Origin: Selaginella moellendorffii
Lineage: Eukaryota; Plantae; Lycopodiophyta
DNA length: 64,000 bases
Assembly (NCBI RefSeq): GCF_000143415.4
Contig: NW_003314307.1
Coordinates: forward strand, 76,922-140,921
Direction: 5' to 3'
The translations under genes were made by a program, and so were the position numbers. The notes beneath the pieces are model-generated. The model saw nothing but the letters and a program-made list of their open reading frames with translations. It did no database searches and was not told the origin of the DNA. Shown one piece after another: positions 39,862-51,462 of this stretch. Position 1 is the stretch's first letter. Each line of letters starts with the position of its first letter.

Positions 39862-42800
39862 TCAGACTGTTATTTTTTGCCTCCAACGCCTATACAATAA
39901 TCTTGGAATTTCATCACTCTCCACACTATCAGGATTTAAACCCAATAGTAATGCCATCTCTTCTCTAATACGTCCACGCTCATGTTCAGTGGTCGAAGAA
40001 CCCATCCGGTTGAGCAGATTATGGAGATGCGGATAGTGCTTGGCTAGACAATATACATGCCATAAATGATGACTGGTGTCTGTCCGATCAAATGGCTTCT
40101 GATATACTGTTCCATCTGCCATTTGGTTGATTTCTGCAGCCACCTCCTGGACTGGCCGGTTCTCTATCACCATCACTTCAAGCCGTTTTGCAAGGTCCCC
40201 CAGAACATACGGTTTCTTCTCCCTAGTTTCCATACTGCAAGAGATGGGGTGCACTGCATATGTGTGCGTGTTCGCTGCAGTTTTAATCGGCGACTCATCG
40301 ATGATGAGGATTTCACTTGACCTAGCAGTCCGGTTCATCACTACAGCCTCTGGCTTGACGAAGATGGGCTTGCTACCCCTCACATGGACCATAGTCAAGC
40401 AATCCTCCTGCGTTAGGAGAAAGTCAAATGGTAATATTACTCGCGTCTGATCGTGCATCATCTGTAGCAACGTTAATGCATTGTGGCGCATCATGGATGT
40501 CCAAACTCCCAATTGCAAATTGAACCCGGCCCTCTGTTTTAAGTGTCGTATGGTCATTATTAGATCCCGCAGTTTCTCTCGTGTGATTAATGTGAATCTG
40601 TCTCTTTTGACCAACTTGCGACCGCAGGCTTTGGAGGGTGCAGTGACATTCGAGGACGAGCCACGCTCATGGGAGAAAAGGACACCGTTCAGATCAAAAA
40701 CGATACAGTACTTTCACCGTGACTCTGAAATGAAATGCGTCAGCATAAAAAATGGTACAAGTCAATTTTACCATCTACAATATTAGCGAATGGTGCTCCC
40801 GATGGTCGTTCAGAGGGTTTTGGTCGAGGAAACGTGAAGGGCGGAAATACTCTCCTCTGCAATGTGGGGTCAATTGCATCCGATGGCGTGTGGGCACATG
40901 CCATTTCAGCTGTAGACTCTGGTACAACTGGCTCAACAATGGCATGGGGTGGTTCCGATGGCGTGTGATCACACGCCATTTCAGCTGGTGCCTCAGTGGT
41001 CGAAGAACCCATCCGGTTGAGCAGATTATGGAGATGCGGATAGTGCTTGGCTAGACAATATACATGCCATAAATGATGACTGGTGTCTGTCCGATCAAAT
41101 GGCTTCTGATATACTGTTCCATCTGCCATTTGGTTGATTTCTGCAGCCACCTCCTGGACTGGCCGGTTCTCTATCACCATCGCTTCAAGCCGTTTTGCAA
41201 GGTCCCCCAGAACATACGGTTTCTTCTCCCTAGTTTCCATACTGCAAGAGATGGGGTGCACTGCATATGTGTGCGTGTTCGCTGCAGTTTTAATCGGCGA
41301 GTCATCGATGATGAGGATTTCACTTGACCTAGCAGTCCGATTCATCACTACAGCCTCTGCCTTGACGAAGATGGGCTTGCTACCCCTCACATGGACCATA
41401 GTCAAGCAATCCTCCTGCGTTAGGAGAAAGTCAAATGGTAATATTACTCGCGTCTGATCGTGCATCATCTGTAGCAACGTTAATGCATTGTGGCGCATCA
41501 TGGATGTCCAAACTCCCAATTGCAAATTGAACCCGGCCCTCTGTTTTAAGTGTCGCATGGTCATTATTAGATCCCGCAGTTTCTCCCGTGTGATTAATGT
41601 GAATCTGTCTCTTTTGACCAACTTGCGACCGCAGGCTTTGGAGGGTGCAGTGACATTCGAGGACGAGCCATGCTCATGGGAGAAAAGGACACCGTTCAGA
41701 TCAAAAACGATACAGTACTTTCGCCGTGACTCTGAAATGAAATGCGTCAGCTTAAAAAATGGTACAAGTCAATTTTACCATCTACAATATTAGCGAATGG
41801 TGCTCCCGATGGTCGTTCAGAGGGTTTTGGTCGAGGAAACGTGAAGGGCAGAAATACTCTCCTCTGCAATGTGGGGTCAATCGCATCCGATGGCGTGTGG
41901 GCACATGCCATTTCAGCTGTAGACTCTGGTACAACTGGCTCAACAGTGGCATGGGGTGGTTCCGATGGCATGTGATCACATGCCATTTCAGCTGGTGCCT
42001 CCGTTGGCAAAGTGGACATGACCGAACAGGCAGCAGGGGCGGTGTAGGGAGGTTCCAACGGCGCGTAGTCAGACGATTGGGCACACGTTGAGTTCGTTGG
42101 AAATGAGGATACGACCGGCTCGGCGGCTGGGGCGGCCTCATGTGGGTACAATGGCGCCTGGTCACCGTCAGTTGGATACGTGGACAAGATTGACTCAGTG
42201 GTATGGGCAGCATCAAGTGGAGCGTGGTCAACTTGCTTGGCGTTGATATGGATAGTAGCCTCCACCAGCTCTGATGACTCTTGCAGGCAAGTAGAGTCCA
42301 CTGGTGGATCCATATGCATGTCCAAATATCTCCCTTCGATTGAGATGGTATCCTCCCTACTGGCTACTAAAAACAAACTCATTAGCACATTGAATCGACT
42401 ATACTGTATTTACCATCAACTGCTATTGGGCGCATTGCTGATTCTAAAGGATTGGACATACGTTTCGACCCTTGCTTGGCACTATCCTTCCTCGACACTA
42501 AAGGTTAGAGTTTGTATCTTAATTCAACTGAATAATCTCTACTTACCATTTGCTTTGCAACCTACATGGACAATGTTAGAAATGGTAAAAGGTTAGGAAT
42601 GGATGTACTATTATTTACCTGATGGTTTGTCTTGTATGACCTTCCTCCGTTGCTCTTTGGCCACCTCAGGCTGGCCATCGTCGTCATCATCGTCGTCGTC
42701 GTTATTGTGATCGTCACCATTGTGAGGACCATCCAAGTCCTCTTCGTCCTCCTCTTCTTCGTCCTCCTCTTCTTTGTCCTCCTCTTCGTCCTTTTGCTCT

Positions 42801-45800
42801 TCCTGCTCATTATCTTTCTCTGGCTCCTCATCCCCCTCCTGCATTTCTTCCATAGGCTGCTCAGGCTGGATGGCTTGTTCTTCCAGGACCATCTTGGGAA
42901 AATCATCTGGCCGAGTCTCCATCTCAAAATACAAGACATCCATAGCCTGTTTTAGTGCGTGACCTAGGACCGTATCCTCACCCGACTGTCTTAACATGGT
43001 TTCTGCACGTTCTTGGACCCTTCGAAGACGACGAGATGAGAAAAACGTGGCCCTGACTTGAAAAGCATCCCTCATCCATTGTACCTCTCTATTGAGATTG
43101 GGGAAGGGGAGTCTGCCATAGGAATCTGAGTCAGGAGGTGGTGACCGCGAGGCATTACCTATCATCTTTTCGTTGCCCTTCTTCCTTTTCGAATCAAACG
43201 CCTCTGATCCCGACGACTGTCCAACGTGCTTTCGCTTTTTATGACCACTGTCAGTTTGAGCTTGGCTGGTGCTTGCCTGTTTTGCCTTTGAAGAAGTGTC
43301 TTTTGCAAGGAATGGCATGAGACCACACGCCATTGCAAATATAATTTGTACCTCCTTTTTTCCTATTGCTTGTCTGTTTGTCCTTCTTCGACGCGCCACC
43401 AGTGCGCTTTTCAGTCCTCGTGTCTGAATATTCACAACGATCTATAATCAAAATGGCGTGAGGCCTCACGTGACCTTACCTTGTGCAGGTTGTGAGCTCG
43501 GCCCAACAGTAGCTGTTAACGCTGTTTCAGCATCTGGGGGTGGCCACGCTCCTGCATACAGAGCTTGTGAGATAACATTTAAACTTAAAGTGCGTACTCA
43601 CTAGGTTCACAGAGAAGATACTGTTTTTCTTTGGCAACTGTAATTATATGCTTCATTGAAGTCACCTCTTCAATGGAGTTTGTCACTGCAACACACGGGA
43701 CACCCTTGAGTAGTGCGGCTCGAAAGAATAGTCCGCCGCAGTTGTACTCGACAACGCATTTGCCCTTGGAGTCGGAAGCAGGTGCTATTGCGTTGAAGAC
43801 CCAGCTGAGCATTTCCCATGCTGCACCTGGAGCTTTCTCTGGATTCGAAAGCTCCATAGCCGTCTTCAGTTCCTCAGGCACGGGTAAATTGACCTCCCTC
43901 AGATCAATTCGATCGGCCTTGTCGAACGAAGCTGGGAAGTCACTCCAGTCCCACTCTGCTGCAGGACCAATAACAAGGGCGAGTGTGAAGATGCGGACAT
44001 TCGTCGGTATCTTCTTCTTAGCCATTATCCCATGGATCTCCTGCATCTCCTTGCCTTTCAACCGAGCCTTCACCTCGTTCAAGGCCTTCCAGAATTTGTG
44101 ATAGGATTTGGAGTCGTAGATCATATAGTGGACTGAAGATTCCACCTCCGCAAGTCCCACCATTAAGTCAATGATGGAGCTGACTTCGTCTGCATGAGTG
44201 ATCTCCTCGTTTGTGAAGTCCATCACACAAAAGATGTTCTTGACCTGCTCATCTCCGCGGGAAACGATGCTCCTCCACCATTGATCCTCATCCAAATTCA
44301 CGTATACCCGGTAAGGTTCTCGATAGGCCTCTGCTGCGGGGTCGAGCTGTTTCTGAAGCCGGCGGTCGACATCCCTCTTAATGAAATTTGGATACTGATC
44401 CAACTTCTCAGCTTTACTTTTCGTGGCATCCCGCAGCAGATCGATGAACTTGGGGGCCCCCTTCACGTAGTCGTCGATGTCTTCATTTGACAACTCCAGC
44501 TCTTCCATCATCTCTTGCGTGGTGTTGATGCTCACCCTCTCCACGGCCACTTGCTCGAAGATCCAATCCTTCAATAGCGCACGAGCTCTCAGAGTCATGC
44601 ACAAGTCCTCGTATGTCACAATATGGCCGGGAGTCATTTTGGTCTTGTTGAAGACTACCTCACCACGTAGAAGAGCATTAGCCACTGTCAGAAGGTCGTC
44701 GTCATCTAGAGACCACGAGAAATGCAAGGCGTTGAGCTTCAAATCATTGGGCTTCCGGCCGTCCTCCACACCCATTGAGTTTAGCAACTCCCCGTCATGG
44801 TACCTCCTCAGCACATCTACCCATTTGTCAAAAACAACTTTTGTCGCGAGTAGAATGTTATGGATGCTGAGTGTGTCATTGACCCCTAGTGTTTTCGAGA
44901 GAAGACTCGAGAATTCTTGCAATGGAAATGGCGTGAGGCCACATGCTATGCCATATGCAACGAGGCTTACCTGCCAGGCGCTAGTTGCTAGTGCACGTCC
45001 TTGTCCTGGTTTTTGTGGCTTCTTCAGGTGAACCCAGAGCTTCCGTGTTCGTGCCAATGTCTCGTGCAGACCCGATTTGTAGCACGTTTCTTGCTTGACA
45101 TTCTGCGCGTGGGAGATGGATATGATAGATCGGAGGGGCGAGTTGCCTTTTATCAGGCGGACAACTCTTGTCTTGAAGACTTTCTTCACCTCCTCGCCCA
45201 CCATAATATCCAATACTATCTCTTTCATCGCCAAGCTAGAATGCTGCCCGGAGACGGCATAGAACCGGATGTTCTGATCGTCCAACACCTTCCTATTGAT
45301 CAAGTCTGAAAACCTCGTCTCGCCCTTCATTGTTCGGTAGTAGGGGATCACATCTGCGATGTCGGGTGTTACTGGACTTGCCAGCATCTTCTGCTTCAGT
45401 TTCTCCACCCACTCATCAGATACTAGCCTGTGGTTGTATTTGCTTTGGATGTCGATACGGCTCACGTTGATTGTATATACTTTGTTGGAATAGTAACAAG
45501 TACTATTATCTGCGACGATTTTTGCTGCCTCTTCTTGCTCTTTCTGCTCTTTGCGGCTCTTCTTTTTGGTGGGTGTAGTGTTCAAACCCGAGGCAATGGC
45601 ATCACCGAGTAGCTTCTTTTTTGGAGCAAGAGAGTCGGACGTCGGCTTGAGCTTGACCACCCTTTTCTGCTTCGGGGTAGTTTCCAAATCGACCCCCTTC
45701 CCCTTCACTTCGCGAACTGGAGGCACTCTCAATGGCTCAATGTTGGAATATAGTTTTTGAACATCGCCGTAGGTGAGGTCCGTGGATTCCATGTGATCTT

Positions 45801-47185
45801 CATAGACTCGCAGCGTCTTTGAAATTGTGGGCCTCCTGGACAACCTCTCCCTAGCTCCCTCTAGGAATTCCTCATAGCCGCTGCCCCCCTCCAGGAAGCT
45901 GCTAGGATGTGCAAGGTGGATCTTGAAGGCGGACGCTGTCTCTACCACAAGTGCCAGTCCATATTCTTGCATGGAACTGCATGGAGTGTTTGTCACTTGG
46001 ATGAGGATCCCCATGCATTCTTTTCTCTCACCATCTGTGTTGTACAGCCTCAGATCCTCTGTAAGCGACTAAATTTTCCATTCTACTTTAGTCACTTAAC
46101 CACACCTCTGACCACTTGGAGGAGTCTCATTCACAACCTCCATAAGTCCAATCCAGGACTTGGGACTTGCTAGCCCCGAGAATGGCATCCATGCCACTCA
46201 ACATTTGCACTTGGTCCAAGTGCACCACGTGTCCGATCCCATGACCGACACTCAAAGGTACCACCGACATAGTAGCCCGTTACGCTAAGGCCATGCCCAA
46301 TCACCTTTGCCACCCTGGTAGTCCAATACCACTTGCATCACCGTCTTGGCTCTCCAAGACTAGGCAAACCATCCGTGAGTGGTCATCTTAGATCCACTCC
46401 TTAGCATCCTTAGGATGCCCACCGACAAGGGGAATAGCCTTCCCCAATATCCCTCTGTCAGTCCCCACTAAGTCCCTTTCTGCCCCTGGCCGTGTTTGCC
46501 AACACTGCCACTGGATCGAGACCCACAGGCCCGACCACTAAGTCCCACGGTCCTCTGGGACTTCCTCACCACACGACTGTGTCCTTGGTCACTACCCCAG
46601 AGGACTGCTCCTCTTCCTTTCCACAGTCTGGGCCTTTGGGACAACATTTCGGAACACCGTGGCCTTACGCGAGCCACCTGGGTACTCTCCTCGCCTTCTG
46701 CCCTTGGGTGCTCTAGCCATGGGCTTAGAGCGGGTTCCGTTGAGCCACACCAGGTATCCAAGTAGGTAGTGCCACCCACACTTGGACTGGGAGCATCGGC
46801 CAGTCGATCTCCCGGGGGAACTAGACCCGGCTCTTGAACACTTCACCAAGCTACCCCGCTTGTCGGTCTGTGTTCACTCTAGTCTTGGACTTCCCAGTGG
46901 GCAGCTCATCACCCAACACTGGGTCCGGCCTTCCTGGGCCAAACTGGCCTTTCCTGGCCAAACTGGCTCCACTGCAGTCCTCCCCCTACTATACTTTTGG
47001 AGCTCACCAAACCCCCCAGGGTCTGGGAGACGAACGCTTTGGGCTTTCACCCTCTCAGGCTCCGGATTCGGACTCGGACTCGGACTCGGACTCGGACTCG
47101 GACTCGGACTCGGACTCGGACTCGGATTTGGACTCGGACTTGGGCTCGGGCTCGGTCTCGGCCTCGGCCTCGGTCTTGGTCCCGA

Positions 47186-47223
<38 letters not shown>

Positions 47224-47944
47224 CCGGTCTCGGTCTCAACTTCGGACTCCATCTCGGACTCCATCTCGGACTCCATCTCGGACTCTATCTCGGGTCCATC
47301 TCGGGTCCATCTCGGACTCCATCTCGGACTCCATTTCGGGTCTATCTCGGGTCCACCTCGGACTCCATCTCGGACTCCATCTCGGACTCCATCTCGGACT
47401 CCATCTCGGGTCCATCTCGGACTCCACTTCGGACTCCAACTCGGGTCCATCTCGGGTCCACCTCAGACTCCACTTCGGACTCCAACTCGGGTCCATCTCG
47501 GACTCCTCTTCGGACTCCAACTCGGGTCCATCTTGGACTCCACTTCGGACTCCAACTCGGGTCCATCTCGGACTCCACTTCGGACTCCAACTCGAGTCCA
47601 TCTCGGACACTCCCACGTGTCATGTGTTGGTCCTTTTGGGTCTCTTTTTGGAGCCTTGCCTTTTGCTCCCTTCGTGCTCGTTCCTCGAGCACTTCGTTGG
47701 GAGTTCCACTCCCGCTCTTGACTTTTCAAGTCGGAGCTTTTGGTCCAAACGTGTTACACTCGTTTGGCTCTCGCTTCGGCCACTACCATGTGGCGCCCTT
47801 CCGGCTCCACTTTGGGGCCTAGGGATTTTGTGTCTCACATCCTCGCCTTCCATCCCGAAAGTCCAACTGGTGAGCTCCTCCCCCTTCTCTGCATCCACAT
47901 TGACAGTGGCTGGAAGAAGAACGCAATTCCTCGCCTGTTCAGAA
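39862..47944 (-). CDS. Multi-exon fusion gene: ParB/Srx-like, degenerate amino-MTase-like fold, acidic linker, two FCP1/HAD-like domains; disrupted by a solo LTR
   Basis: The 809-aa ORF (43585-46014) splices through a run of phase-1 GT-AG introns into ORFs 43251-43469, 42611-43435, 41747-42388, 40740-41621 and 39862-40614 with the frame preserved. Motifs: YNHRLVSDEWVEKLK..FYAVSGQHS..A; NPEKAP..VVEYNCGG..AALLKG; IVFDLNGVL..ILIIDDSPIK. 5-prime exons probably extend to ~48300. Confidence 0.75.
39987..42000. repeat. 1007-bp near-identical tandem duplication of the FCP1-domain region
   Basis: ORFs 39862-40614 and 40740-41621 are offset by 1007 bp and nearly identical. Confidence 0.95.
46060..47839 (-). 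mobile_element. Solo LTR of the element-C family inserted in a coding exon
   Basis: TGTAAGCG..TCTCACA on the plus strand. TSD TCCTC at 46055-46059 and 47840-47844. Removal restores GMEGE^DLRLYNTDGERKECMGIL in frame. Confidence 0.95.
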
Positions 47945-49787
47945 ATGCACAACAATTAGAGCTGACAGATGAAAAGCTAGCAGCTAGAAATAACGTGAGG
48001 CCACACGCCATTCACCACTGCATCAGATGTCTTGAGGCTGTATCCTAAGATGGTGTGAGGCTACACGCCATCTGTAACCGGACTGCACTCGAGAGCCCAA
48101 TCGGTGCATGCCAATGTTGCTACTGAATGGCATGTGGCCTCATGCCATTTTCTACTTGGCCTAAAAGACTTACCATTTGAAGCCGAATGGAGGCCGTGAC
48201 AATCGAGGCCGGACTCGCTGGCGAATGTGCACTGTGTGTGCAACGAATCGTAGCAGCAAGGCTACTCTGCCACTTACAGTTGGAGAGTGGTGCTGAAATC
48301 TCCCGGGACGCCAAGTGGGCTGTGTGTGGGTGGCGGAGTGGGCGGTGGAGTTGGCGGCGAAGTTACAAACTGGGTGTGTCTTGAAGTGGACGCCGATGCA
48401 CACGAGCGCGATGCGAGCGCGAGTGTGATGCAAGCGCGAGTGGACGCCGATGCACACGAGAAACCTGTAGAGAAGGTAGATGAGCGCGAATGTGAGCGTG
48501 ATCGCGAGTGGGAGCGCGATGCGAGCGCGAGTGTGCGAGCGCGATGCGAGCGCGAGTGTGCGAGCGTGAGTACGAAGCAAAATGCAAAACCTAACCTCAC
48601 ACGCGCGAAATGTCATAACGGTTGGTAATCCCGCCACGTCATCATTCCTCGGACTTGGGCGCCACCATTAATTTCTGGATTGCCGCGCACATGCAAGCAT
48701 GCAAAATCCAAAAGAAATCCGCAACGTCATCATTCCTCGGACTGCATGCACGCGAAATCCAAAAGAAAGATCATGATTGGGATATCATTTAATACCCTCG
48801 CTATATTTATACCATGCATGATTGGATATTCCAAAGCATCTTGTATTTCCAAAAATGGCAGATGTTCAGCTAAATAAAGAAATTCTATTTGTTTCTATTT
48901 TTCTCTCAAATCAATATTATAGCGTGTGGGCTCATGCAATTTTGAACCAAAGAAACCCAAAAAACGTTGGACCCAAAATATTTTGAAAAAACCCAAAAAA
49001 CCCTAAACATTTTAAACCAAAAAATCCAGGCGTCCTGTGGCGTTATTCCTTGAATGGCGTGTGGGCGCATGCCATTTTCAGGGCCAAATGTTGAATGGAG
49101 AAAAATTCCCTTTCAGTGCAAATGCTGCAAGAGGCAGATGCCGAGCACAAAGGACTGTAACTACCTCACATGACACAGATAAACTTTTCTCTATTTGGCA
49201 AAGATAAACTTTATAGCATGTGGGCTCATGCAATTTTGAACCCAAAAAATGCACCAAAAAATTCTCGGCGTCATCTGGCGTTATCTCTTGAATGGCGTGG
49301 GGCCGCATGCCATTTTCAGGGGCACATAGGAGTATATTCCTAGGATATTCTGACACGCGCGAGATTTTTTTGAGTTTTCTGGAGATCCAACTGTTAGATC
49401 GCAATTAGATTTTACAGAATGGTATACAATGTCTTTCTTGATGACCCTGCAAAGAAGCATCTCGATCGGACACCACATGAGACCACACGAGCCTTACAAT
49501 GTTTCAGGGGCATTTGCCATAGATCCAACCGTTATTTTGCTCCAAGATTTTACAGTTTGGTGTGCATTGACCTTTCCATCGACACTGCAAAGGGATATCA
49601 CAATCAGATGCGGGATCACAAGAAACTAACTTCACTAACTCTGGTTTCACCAAGATCTACGTAAGGAGTTATGAAATGAAAGGACCCTCTCTATTGAAAT
49701 GTGTTTATGGTCCTAGGGGCATTGTGACATATCAAAGGATTTTGCATCAAGTTCTGTATTTGCATGTTTATCAAGCTATTGAATTGC

Positions 49788-49813
49788 TAAACCCTAAACC
49801 CTAAACCCTAAAC
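49788..49813 (+). repeat. Short interstitial plant telomeric repeat (CCCTAAA)3
   Basis: taaaccctaaaccctaaaccctaaac. Confidence 0.8.
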
Positions 49814-51037
49814 ATGTGGCAAATGCTGCGTGAAGAAAGATGCCCTTTCTGGGCAAATGCTGTAAGAGGCAGATGCCGAGCAGATGTATCTCAGGCTAGC
49901 GAAGGGGACAAACGAAAGCTAGCTATAAACATGACAGGATGCAAATAGATTACTAGGCTGGTCCTGCAAAAATCAAAAACCATAATTGAAAACATTGAAA
50001 ATGCAAAAAGAAAGGTTTATAATATTTTTGAATTTTAAGCAACCAAAGGAATGTAAGTAGGGCATGTGTTTGTAAGTTTAAAAATGCCTCAACCACTTAA
50101 ATTCCCAAGTAAATAAAGCTGTTTTTATTTTTGGTACAGGTAAACTTTATAGCGTGTGGGCTCATGCAATTTTGAACCCAAAAATGCACCAAAAAATGCT
50201 CGACTAGCATTATTCTTTGAATGGTGTGTGGCCTTATATTGCCATAAATGGACGTACACACACAGCATAATTATTCCTTTACACGGCGAATAATCTTGGC
50301 GCGGATCGCTGACATGGCATGGCAAAGTTCGAATCACTGACATGGCACAGCTGGATCGAGGCAAGGACATGATGTGACAAAGTTCAACCTCCGACAGCAA
50401 AGTCTAGAAGCTACTCAGTTTGAAATTTGTCAGAGGAGTCATAAGATCTGGTTTGTCAGAGGATTTTATATGACGTTCAAGCGTGTGTTATTTTTGAATT
50501 CTCGAACTCATTCCTAGGTCTATCATTTTTGTGCGCCGTGTTCTTGGTTCCGCTGAGCGCAGTGAGCGCTGCTTGTGTAAGCGGCGTTGTGAGCCGTGGT
50601 TTATGCGTTTACGAGCGGTTGCGGCATTGCGAGCGCCATTGCGAGTGGCAGTTTATGCGAGTGGCAGTTTGTGCGAGTGGCGCTACGAGCAGTTGCGGTG
50701 TTGCGAGCGGCACTGTCTTTGGTGTGGCTACCGCTTCCTCTTGATATTCGGCACTTGTGCTTCCTGGTATGTTCACCATGGAATGGCTTAGGACCATATT
50801 TAGAAATGGCATGAGGCCACATGCCATCTTGGGCCCTTTCAATTTCATGGCTAGCGTATTGTCATATATGTTTTTACTTGCCTGCAGCTGTGTGTATATC
50901 AAGATGGCATGAGGCCTCATGCCAATTTTGTGAATGCGAAATTTCTCGTGGGTGTCAATAGCATGTTTGAATAATGGCATGTGGCTTCATGCTATTGAGG
51001 TTGTTTGGTAGGTTATGATTTAGGCCGTTCTCCAATC

Positions 51038-51138
51038 NNNNNNNNNNNNNNNNNNNNNNNNNNNNNNNNNNNNNNNNNNNNNNNNNNNNNNNNNNNNNNN
51101 NNNNNNNNNNNNNNNNNNNNNNNNNNNNNNNNNNNNNA
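51038..51138. other. Assembly gap (N run)
   Basis: About 100 N. Confidence 1.
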
Positions 51139-51425
51139 ATGATTGGAGAATGGCCTAAATCATAACATACCAAACAACCTCAATAGCATGAGGCCACATG
51201 CCATTATTCAAACATGCTATTGACACCCACGTGAAATTTCACATTCACAAAATTGGCATGAGCCCTCATGCCATTAATGGTACCACTAATGGCATGAGGG
51301 CTCATGCCAATTTTGTGAATGCGAAATTTCACGTGGGTGTCAATAGCATGTTTGAATAATGGCATGTGGCTTCATGCTATTGAGGTTGTTTGGTATGTTA
51401 TGATTTAGGCCATTCTCCAATCATT
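51139..51425. repeat. ~287-bp near-perfect palindrome centred on ggtacc (~51280)
   Basis: The arms are reverse complements with few mismatches; a third arm copy lies at 50903-51037. Confidence 0.85.
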
Positions 51426-51462
51426 TTTTGTATGGTCTTAACTTCTTTTCTGCACTTTCAAA

